Source of the DNA: Scenedesmus sp. PABB004
Lineage: Eukaryota
Direction: 5' to 3'
Length of the DNA: 64,000 bases
NCBI GenBank assembly: GCA_014905635.1
Contig: JABVCE010000035.1
Coordinates: 124,001 to 188,000 of the forward strand
Part shown: one piece after another, positions 36,562-46,646 of the stretch
Numbering within the stretch: the first letter of the stretch is position 1
How the letters are laid out: every line of letters begins with the position of its first letter
Translations under genes and position numbers: made by a program
Notes under the pieces: generated by a model
Databases searched by the model: none
The model's input: only the letters and a program-made list of their open reading frames with translations
Told to the model about the DNA's origin: nothing

Positions 36562-37237
36562 TCAGCTGAAGCACACGCCGGCCGGCGGCGGCGCCGCCAG
36601 CTCGGCCGCGAACGCCGGCTTCCTGCGCAGCTCCGCCCAGACCAGCCGCGTGTTCTGCGCCAGCTCCTCCTCGCCTGCGCCACGGGCGGCGGAGGCGGCA
36701 CGGCGGCGCGCGGCGTGGGCCTGGCAGCGCACGGCGCGGCGGCGCGGCCCCGCGCGGCCGCTGCGCCCGGCGCGTGGCCGCCGCGCGCGGCCGCGCGCAC
36801 TGTAGAAGCTCTGCAGCGTGACCGGCGAGATGAAGAGCGGCCGCGTGGAGCGCTGCATGCGGCTGATGCCGGCCAGGCAGCTGCGGGCGGCGGGGTCGGG
36901 GTCGGGGCCGCACGCCGCCGCGCGCCGCCGCGCCGCGCGCGGCCAGGCCGGCACGCTCTGTGCCGCGCGCCGCGCACATGAAGCACGCCGGCATGTCCGA
37001 CGCGCAGGTGAGGCAGAACGCGTGCTTGCAGGGCACGAGGCGGCCGTACACGGCGATCGGCACCTGGCAGCAGATGCAAAAGTGCGTCTTGTCGCCTGGC
37101 CGGCGCACGTGCAGCACGCCGGGGAACGGCGGCGCGTGCTGCTGCTGCTGCTGCTGCGGTGGCTGCTGCTGGTGGTGTTGCTGGTGTTGCTGGTGTTGCT
37201 GGTGCTGCGGCGGGGAGTGCGGCGTGCTCTGCTGCAT
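36562..37237 (-). CDS. HAKAI: Short Hakai/CBLL1-like RING-HC E3 ligase with a Gln-rich N-terminus, 3 exons
   Basis: HFCICCQVPIAVYGRLVPCKHAFCLTCA..MPACF|.CLAGI matches the Hakai RING signature (HFC..C..PI.xYGRxxPC.HxFC..CA). Confidence 0.75.
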
Positions 37238-37614
37238 CGCGCTGCACGATGCAGCGCGGCGGGCGTGCGCGGCGGGCGTGCGCGGCGGGCGTCTGTCTGC
37301 GCGGCGCGTGCTGTGTGCGGCGGCAGTGGGGACTGGGGCGGATGCCAGGCGCCGGGCAGGTGACGGCGCGCCGCCAAAAACGCGGCGACAGCAGCGCACG
37401 CCGGGTCTCGAGCTCAGCGCGCGCGCGCCGATCCCCACTCGCGCCCGCTCTCCCCGTTCGCGCCGCGCGCCGGCAAAGCCCTCGGCGGCGCCCGCGCTCG
37501 GGCACACGCCGGGGGGCGTCGCTGCTGTGCGCCGCCGCTGCTGCGCTCGACCCGTCGGCGGCGCATGGCCGGCCCGCGCGCGCGCCGCTGAGGCGCCCGG
37601 CGTCGGCAGTGGCC

Positions 37615-40600
37615 ATGGCAGACGCAGGGGGAGGCCCCGGCGGCGAGGCGGCGCCGCAGGGTGCCGGCGACGGCGGCGGCGCGGGCGACGCGCGGCGCGG
37701 GCTGCTGCTGCCGTACGAGGAGCAGCTGGTGGCGGAGCTGCTGGAGGCGGACGGCCTGGCCGTCATGGCAGCGGGCCTGGGCTGGCACCGCGTCGTCGCG
37801 GCGCTGCTGGCGATGCACGACGACGCCGCGGGCGGTGCGTGCCGCGCGGGCTGCGGCGGCGGCGCGCTGGCGGCGCGCGGCCGCCGCCGGCAGCGCCTGA
37901 GCGCGCCCCTCGCCGCGCAGGCGTGGTGCTGGTGCTGGGCGCAGCGCCGTGGCAGCGGCAGCTGGTCGTGGAGGAGCTTGCGCGCACGCACCCGGGGCTG
38001 GCGCCGCCGACCGACGTGAATAACGAGGTCCCCGCCTGGCAGCGCTTGCTGCTCTACGCCCCGCCCAGCGGCGGCGCCGCTGCCGCCGCCGCCCAGCAGC
38101 AGCCGCAGCAGGGCGTCGGCGCGGGCGGCGCCGCCACTGCCGGCGAGGGCGCCGACGGCGGCGGCGCCGCGGCCGAGGGCAGCCGCACCGGTGACGGCAG
38201 CGCCGCCGCCGAGGGCGCCGCCGGCGGCGAGGACGCGCCCGCGCCGGCTGCGCGGCGCTGCGCGGCGTGCTTCGTGACGACCCGCATCCTGGTGGTGGAC
38301 ATGCTGAGCCACCGCGTGCGGCCGAGCCAGATCGCGGGTGCGGCTCTGCCTCGGCTCGGCTCGCCCCGGCTCGGCTCGGCTCGGCTCACCTCCGCGCAGC
38401 TCGGCTCCCCTCGCCTCGGCTCACCCGCCCCGCCGCCGCAGGGCTCATCGTGGTCAACGCCCACCGCGTGAGCGACAGCAGCGGCGAGGGCTTTGCCGTG
38501 CGGCTCTTCCGGCAGGGCAGCGCGCAGGGCCCGGAGCTCGGCCTCGGCGTCGGCGGCAACGCGGCCGGCTTTGTCCGAGCGTTCAGCGACACGCCCAACG
38601 CCTTTGCGGCGGGGTTCAACAGGATCGAAAAGGTGGCGGGGCCGCGGGCGGGCGGGCGGGCGGGCGGGCGGGCGGTCAAGCTGCAGCCGCCGCGCGCCCA
38701 CGCCGGCGGCGACAGCCGGCGCACGCGGCCCGCGCCCGGCCGCTGACCGACGCGGCCGCGCGGGGGCCCGCTGCAGGTGATGCGTGCGCTGCGCGTGCGC
38801 CGGCTGCTGCTGTGGCCGCGCTTCCACATCGCCGTCAAGGACAGCCTCGAGGCCGCGCCGCCAGAGGTGCGGGGGCGCCGCCGACGCCGCAGCCGGTTCG
38901 GCGCAAACGCATTTCTCGGACCACCGGCGGCCAAGCGCGGCACGGCACCACGCGCCGCCCTGCCCGCCGCGCGCACCGCCAGTTTGAGGAGTGGGAGGCG
39001 AACGCGGCGCCGAGCCAGCTGGGGCTGCTGGAGGCGGTTCGGGAGGTGCTCGCGGCGCTGCTGAAGGACCTGGGCCGCACCAACGCCAAGCTCGACCTCA
39101 CAGACCTGCAGGCGCGCCACCCTGGGCGCGCCCCGAGCGCGCGGCGGCGGCCTGCGAGGTTGCGCCCGCGGCGCCCACGGCAGCCCCGCGGCTCACGCGC
39201 CGCGCCCGCCGCCGCCCGCCGCCGCCGCGCAGGCCGACGGCGACGCGCTGCTCGGGCGGCCGCTCGACCGCGCGGTGCGGTCGCAGCTCGAGTCGCAGTG
39301 GCACACGCTCAACTGGCGCAGCAGGTGCGAGGGCCTGTCGGGACCACGTGCGCGCGGGGCCACGTGCTCGCCCTCATGCTCCTTGCCGCCGTGGCCACGG
39401 CTGCGCCGGCCGGCTGACGCGGCTCTCTCTCTCACGCGGCTCTCCCTCGCGCGCGCCGCCCTGGGCGCGCGCAGGACGGCGGTGCGCGACCTCGCGAGCG
39501 TGCAGGCGCTGGCGGGCCGCGTGCTCGCGTACGACCCCGTCACCTTCCTGGCGCACCTGGAGGGCCTGCGCCTGAGCGAGGCGGGCAGCAGCGTCTGGCT
39601 CTACCACGAGGCAGCACACATCATCTTCCAGCAGGTGCGCCGCCGACCGCGTGCGCCCGAGGGCCCAGCGCGCGCGGCCGCAGCGCGGGGACGCGCGCGC
39701 GCCCGGCGCCGAGCGCGCGCGCGCCGCCGCCGCGCCCGGCGCCGTGCAGGCGCGGCGGCGTGTGTACAGCATCTCATACCCCGGCAGGGCAGCGGCGGGC
39801 GGCGCGGCGGGCGGCACGGGCGGCGGCAAGGCGGCGGGCAGCGGGCGGAAGCGCGGCCGCGCGGCGGCGGGCGCGGCGGTGGGGCTGGACGCCGCGGCGG
39901 CTGCGGCGGCGGACGCCGCGGCGGACGGCGCCGCCGACCGCGCGGCCAAGGTGCCCCGCGGCGCCGGCGACGCGTCGGCGCCGGGCGCGGCCAGCGGCGC
40001 GGCGGCCGCGGCGCCCGCGGCGCACATCCAGCCGGTGCTGGAGGTGCCGCCAAAGTGGGAGCTGCTGCTGCAGCTGCTGCAGGAGGCGGAGGCGGCGCGC
40101 CAGGAGCTGCTGGCGGCGGCGGACGGCGCCGAGGTGGTGTCTGACGCCGAGGCGGAGGCCGAGGCGGAGGCGGAGGCGGAGGAGCAGCAGCGGCTGCAGC
40201 CGGGTTCCCCCCGGCAGCAGGGCCCCAGCAACGTGGTGGAGCTGCTGGACTCGTCGGACGACGAGCAGCAGCAGCGCCGCGCCCCCGCGCCGCACGCGGC
40301 CGCCGAGGCGGGCCTGCCGCCGCAGCCGCCGCAGCAGGAGGAGCCCGCGGCGGCGCGCCCGCGGCGGCTCACGCGCGACGGCGTCGCGGCGCTGCGTGAG
40401 GCGGCGGCCGCGCCGGTGCTGGTGGTCTGCCGCGAGCTGCACACGCTGCAGCAGCTGCAGCAGGTCGTGGCGCAGGGCCCCGAGGCGGTCATGCGGGGGC
40501 TGTACAACACCTACCTGCGCGCGCGGCTCGCGGCGGCGGCGGGCCCCGGCGGCCGCGGCCGGCGGCCGGGCGGCGGCGCGGCGGCGCGGCGCGGCGGCCG

Positions 40601-41948
40601 CGGCGGGCGGGGCCGCGGGCGCAGCGGCGCGGGCGGCGCGGCCGGCGCTGACGGCCAGCAGCAGGCGCCGGAGCAGCAGCAGCAGCAGCAGTCGCAGGGC
40701 TTGGGGCTGGACCCCCGCGCGCCGCGTGGCGGGCGGGGCCGCGGCCGGGGGCGAGGCTACCCTGACAGGTGGGCGGGGCCCACCGCGGCGCGGGGGCGGA
40801 GCTGCGCGCGCGGGCGGCGGCGGCGCGGGCTGGGCTGCCGGGTGCGCCCGGCTGCCTGGCCGCTGCGCGCGGCAGCGGCGCCCGCCGCCACCCCTGCCTC
40901 CGCGGCCCGGCCGCCACCGCACCGCGCAGGCAGCGCTTTCGGGAGATGATCTGGGCCGGCCGCGGCCCCTCCGTGGCGGCCGCCGAGCAGGCGGCCCTGC
41001 TTGTGGCGGCGCGGCAGCTGCAGGAGGAGGAGGAGCAGGAGGCGGCGGCGGCGGCGCTGCCCGGCGCGGACGGCGCGCCGCCGCCCCAGCAGGCGGCGGG
41101 CCGCGCCGGCGGCGGCCGGGGGCGCGGCAGGGGACGCGGCCGCGGGCGCGGCCGCGGGCGGCAGCAGCAGCAGCAGCAGCCCGACGGCGGCGAGGCCGGC
41201 GGCGCGGAGCAGCCGCCGCAGCAGCAGCAGCGGCGGCGGCGGCGGGGCCGCGGCCGCGGCGCGGAGCCGCCCGACCCCGACCCCGACCCCGACCCCGCGC
41301 CGGCGCCCGCGCCGGCGCCGGCGCAGCCCAGCGCCGTGCCGGGGCTGGCGGTGGTCTTCCACGCGCTGGACGCGTGCGACCCGTTTGTGCTGTGGCGCGC
41401 CGCGCCGGCGTTTGTGGTGATGCTCGACGCCGACCTCGCCTTCCTGCGGGCAATCGAGGTCTACCAGGTCAGTTGCTTTATTTATTTGTTTGGTTAGTGT
41501 GCTTGGTTAGTTAAGTTTGTTTGGTCTGTTAGTCCAGTTGAACCTTGGGAGCGCCTTGCGAGGGCGGCCGGCGGCGGGGCCGCGACGCCACGCGCCGCGC
41601 CGCGCCGTGCCCGCCGCCGCAGGCGGAGCGCGCGGCCGGCCGCCCGTGCGCGCCGCCGCTGCGCGTCGCGCAGGCGTACGCCGCGGGCGGCCCCGAGCGC
41701 GGCGCGTTTGCGGCTGCGGTGGCGCGCGAGGGCGGCATGTTTGGCGACCTCATCCGCGCCAAGCAGCACCTCGTGCTGCCCCTGGACATGGGCCGCGACG
41801 TCACCAGCGCGGTGCGCCCGCGCCCGTGCCGCGCTGACCGCGCCCGCGCTGACTGCGGCCTGCGCCCGCCGCCGCGCGGCCTGCGCCCGCGCCCGCCGCC
41901 GCGCGCTGGCCCCGCCGACCCCGCCGCCACGCGCTGGCCCCGCCGAAC

Positions 41949-42009
<61 letters not shown>

Positions 42010-43602
42010 TGCCGCCGCGGCGCAGCTGCTGCCGCCGCTGGCGGAGCAGGCGCAGGCGCTCGCGCTCGCCGCGCGCGGCCCGGGGCGCGCGCTGCTCGGC
42101 GCGCCGCCGCCGGGCGGGCTCGCGCTCGACGTGTATGCTGCCAACGCGCTCACCCGCGCCGGCGGCGCGCGGCGCGGGCGCGCCGTGCCGTGCCGGGTCG
42201 TCGTGGACGTGCGGGAGTTCATGTCGACCCTGCCCGCGGTGCTGCACCAGCAGGGCTTCCGCCTCGCGCCCGTCACGCTCGAGGCGCGCGCTCGCGCGCG
42301 CACGGGCCGCGCGGCGAGCCCCGCCCGCGGCGGCAGCCCCAGGGCCCAGCCCGCGCCGGCCCCTGGCCGCCGCCCTGACCGCGCATCGTGCCGCGCGCCG
42401 CCGTGCCGCGCGGCCAGGTGGGCGACTACGTGCTGAGCCCCGAGGTCGTGGTCGAGCGCAAGGCGCTGCCAGACCTCTTCGCCTCGCTCGGCTCGGGGCG
42501 CCTCTACCACCAGGCGCGCGGGCCCGGGGCCGCGGTTCAGGGCTCGGGGCTCAGGACTTTGGGCTTTGGCGTTTGGGGCTCGGGGCGCGGGGCCGACTGT
42601 CCGCCCGCTCGCGTGCTTGCTGTCGCCCCGCTCACTCCGGGTCCCCGCGCCGCTCACTCCCGGCCCCCGCGCCGCCTCCCGGCCCCCGCGCCGCCTGGCC
42701 GCCGCGGCCGCGCCCCCACCAGGCCGAGGCGATGGTCAAGGCGTACCGCACGGCGATCCTCCTCATAGAGTTTGAGGGCGACAAGGCCTTTGCGCTCACC
42801 GGCACGGCGGAGCTGGCCGACGCGCTCGACGCGCGGTCGCCGCAAGCGCGCCTCGTGCTGCTGCTGCTCCACTTCCCCAAGCTCCGGTGCGGCGGCGGCG
42901 GAGCTCGGCGGGCGCGCGCGCGCGGGGCGGCGCGCGGCCGCACGCGCCCGGCGCGGCGGCGCCCACGCGAGGCCCGTGCGCGCTTGCGCGGCCGCCGCGC
43001 GCGCAGGCTGCTGTGGTCGCGCAGCCAGCACGCGACGGGGGAGCTCTTTCTCGCGATCAAGCGCAGCCAGGAGGAGCCGGACGCCGCCGCCGCGGCGCTC
43101 GTCGGCCTGCCCGCCGGCGCGGCGGGCCCCGCGGCGCCGGCGGGCGGCGGCGGCGACGCCACGATCAGCAGCGCCATGGTCTCGGGCTCACCCGGCGCCG
43201 CGTCGCTGGTGGCGCAGCAGGTGCGGCCGGCGCCGCCCCGCGGCGCCCCCCCCCCCCCCGCGCCGCGCCGCGCCGCGCCGCGCCGCGCCTCGCCCACAGC
43301 GCCGCGCCCGCGCCTCCCCTCCGCGCTGCGCTGTGGACCAGGCCGGCGTGGCGCCCGGCAGCGAGAGCCTGGTGAACCAGGCCGCGATCGACCTGCTGCG
43401 CCGCCTGCCGGGCGTGACGCCGAGCAACTACCGCGGCCTGGTCGCCGGCGGCGGCAGCCTCGCGGAGCTCGCGGCGCGGTCGCGCGAGGAGCTGCAGCAG
43501 CTCATGGGCGGCCCCGAGCAGGCCAAGGCCGCGCGCGCGCTGCACGCCTTCCTCCACGCGCCCTGCCCGCTCGACGGCGGCGGCCTCGGCGGCCTCGCGT
43601 GA
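37615..43602 (+). CDS. XPF: DNA repair endonuclease XPF (ERCC4/RAD1/UVH1), ~15 exons
   Basis: DGLAVMAAGLG, VTTRILVVDML, GLIVVNAHRV, GFVRAFSDTP, LLLWPRFH, LEVPPKW, FLRAIEVYQ, VVDVREFMS.LP, VTLE|VGDYVLSP, VERKALPDL..SL.SGRLY.Q, LLIEF, LLWSRS, C-terminal HhH (LRRLPGV). Confidence 0.95.
41950..42010. repeat. (GCC)n trinucleotide microsatellite in an XPF intron
   Basis: About 20 consecutive gcc units. Confidence 0.9.
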
Positions 43603-43789
43603 GCGGCGGCGGGGAGGGGCGCGGTCGGGTTGCAACAAGAGCCAGTTGTGCAGGCGCCCGTGTCCCTCGCGCGCGCGCGCCGCCCGCCGCGGGCGCTTGT
43701 GCAGCGCCGCGCGCCCCCTGCAGGCGGCCCCGGCCACGCCGCCACGCCGCCGCCCCCCGCCGCGGTCCGCCCGCCGGGGTCTGCGGGGG

Positions 43790-46054
43790 TCAGAACGCGG
43801 GCAGCGCGACGGCGCTGTAGTTCATGTCGCACGTGTAGGAAAACGGCCTGCGGCGGCGCGCGGGGGCGCGCGGGCGCGGCGCGGCGCATGTGCGGGCCGG
43901 CGCGCCGCCGGGGTCCGCGGGCACCGCGCGCCCCGCCCGCCCGGCGCGTCGCCGCGCGCCGCCGCGCCTGTCCTCAAACTGTCCGATGTAGACGAAAAAC
44001 TTCCAGACCGCGGCCTGCACCGCGGGGCTGCTCCGCCGCGCGCGCTTGAACACATCAGCGTTGCGGTCGAGGAAGAGGGGGACGTCGAAGCACCCCGCGC
44101 CGCGCGCCATCGCGACGAGGATGCGCGGCAGCTTGAACGCGCCGCGGCTCGCCGCGTACGCGTTGGCTGGCGGGCGCGGCGCGGCGCGGTGCGTGGCGGG
44201 CGGGCGGGGTTGAGCGGGTGGGGCGAGAGCGGGAGCCAGAGGGAGGGTGGGGCGGGTGGCGCGCGCGGCGCGCCCGGGCGGCGGCGGCGCACCCGACACG
44301 CGCGCGGTGAGGTTGTGCGGCCGCCCCGCCGCCGCGGCGTCGACGTCGGCCGCCCAGGCGCTGTAGGTGTCGGCCTTGACCGCCATCGGCACGCGCTGCG
44401 CCAGCAGCGCTGCGCGGCGCGCCGCGCCGCGCCGCCGCGGCGCGCGGGCGGGGCGGGGTCGGCGGCCGGGGCGCCGGGGCGCCGGGGCCGCGGCCGCGGC
44501 CAGCGCGGCGCACGGCCCGGCGCCAGCGCCAGCGCACGCCCGCACGCGCGCGCCAAACAAGCTCACCCGTGTTGGCGCGAACGAACAGCACCTCCAGCGG
44601 GTCCAGCGCGGTGCCGTCGTACGCGCCGTCGCCGACGCCGGCCGGGTCCCAGCGCCGGTTGCAGCCCCACGCGCTGGGGTCGGCCCAGTCGACGCCCTGG
44701 TACCTGCGAGGGGGAGGGCAGGGGGCGGCGGCGGGCGGGCGTCGGGCGCGAGGCGCGCCGCGGGCCGGGCGCCCGGCGGCCGCCGCGGCCGGCCGCGCGC
44801 GGCGAGCGGCGCGCGGCCCGGCGCGGCGAGCCGGTCGCGCGCCGCGGCGAGTTGAGAGCGCGCGGCATGCCGAGCGCGCGGCGAGCCCAGAGCGCGGCGA
44901 TCCGAGCGCGCCGCGGCGGCGGCGGCGGCGCACCGTATGAGCAGGCAGTCTATGGCGTAGCCGGCGCGCAGGATGGCGGCGGACGCGCCGAGCTCGCTGT
45001 GGTACTTGGCCGCCCAGGCGCTGCTGTGGCACGCCGTCACGTTCCCGTCAGCGAGCAGCACCTCCAGCCCCGCCCTGCGATGCACGTGGCGCGGCGCGCG
45101 GAGGCCTCTCGGCTGGCGCGGCGGCGGCGCCTGCGGCCGCGCCCCGCGCGCACCTGTCCGTGGCGATGGCTGAGAAAGGGATGTGAGGGTTGCGCCGCCA
45201 CGTGGCGTTGACCGCGCCCGGCTCGGCCGGCGCGCCGGCGCAGCTGATCGTGGGGCCCACCAGCTTCACGCGCTCGTTCAGCCGCCTGCCGCCGGCGGCG
45301 GCGGCACAGCGCAGCGCGCCCCGCGCTCTGGCCGCCGCGCCCGCCGCCCGCCGCCGCGCGCCGCCGCCTGTCATCGCCTGCCGTCCGCCGCCTGGCCGCG
45401 CAGCGCGCGCGCGCCGCACCCGAGCAGCGGCTCGGTCCAGTGCACCGCGCCGGCGAGGTACGCCGGCAGGAAGGGCCCGCGCACGGCGGAGCTGAGCAGG
45501 ACGAAGCGCGCGTAGTCGCGCCACGCCACGGTGTGCGACTGCGTGAGCAGCCAGCCCACGATGCCCCACTCGAGGCAGCGCCCGCCGTAGTACACATACT
45601 CCACGTCGGGCAGCGCCGGCAGCTCGCGCGCGCTCGTGAGCGAGCGCTCCTGCACGACGACGACCACGCGCGGCGTGCCGCCGGGGCCGCCGCCGGCGCC
45701 GCCGAGCCCCGCGGCGACCACGAAATGGTCAAAGTTGGCCGCGTGCACCGCGTCATCCTCGTTGTAGATGTACACGATCAGCGTGTCGCGCCCCGCCGCC
45801 GCGGGGCCGTAGCGCGGCGGCTGCGGCTGGTGCTGCGGCTGCTGCGCCGGCTGCTTCGGCTGCTGCGGCGGCGCGGCGCGGTACGCCGCGAGGCCCTCCC
45901 AGTCGTCGCCCGCGCCCGCGCGCGCCGCCTGGTGCCAGCCCAGGCGCAGCTGGTAGGTCAGCAGCACGGCGACGCCGCCCAGCAGGAAGACGGGGAGGGC
46001 GGCCGACAGCGGCACGGGCGGGCGCAGCACGCCGCGCCAGCCGCCGAGCTTCAT
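43790..46054 (-). CDS. Uncharacterised type II membrane protein, possibly glycosyltransferase-like, 7 exons
   Basis: N-terminal TM (ALPVFLLGGVAVLL) and a Q/P stem. Then LIVYIY..NFDHF, CLEWG, FVLLSSAVRGPFLP, VKLVGPTISC, ELGASAAILRAGYAIDCLL|RYQGVDW, LDPLEVLFV. The exons join in frame. Confidence 0.7.
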
Positions 46055-46646
46055 CGCCGCCCGGCTGGCGCATGCCGGGACAGGCGGCGCCACGCCGGCC
46101 GTCAGCGCCGGCGGCGCCGCGGCGGCATGGGCGCGGGGCACGCGGCGCTGCGCAACCGCCGCTGCTGCTGCGCCGGCGCTGCGGCGAGGCGGCGCGCCGA
46201 CGTCCCTGGCCTGGCGTGAACACAAAGAGCTGCAGGCTCTCACTGACGGGCACGGGCACGGAGGCTGGGGAGCGTGCGTGCGGCGGCGGCGGCGGCAGCA
46301 GCAGATGCCGTGCACAGCGCTCTCCGGAGGTGCGGCGGCGGCGCTGCTCGCGATCGGGTGTGTGCGCTCTCTCCGATCGAAGCTCGCGAGTGGCGGTCTG
46401 AGAAGACACGCGTGTTACGGCGGCGCGCGCTGCGCCGCGCCGCGCCCGCAAACACCGCAGGGCGGCAGGCGCCGCCGCGCGGCGCGACGAAAGAATGGGG
46501 GAGGCGCGCTGCCCGACGCGCTCAGTGCTTGGCCGCACCCCGCCCGCGCCCCCCGGCCCCCGCGCGCCCCCCGCGCGCCGGCGCCGCGCCCTCGGCCCGT
46601 GGGCCGGGGGGTCCGCCGCGGCCGCCCGCGCGCGCGCGGCGCGCGC

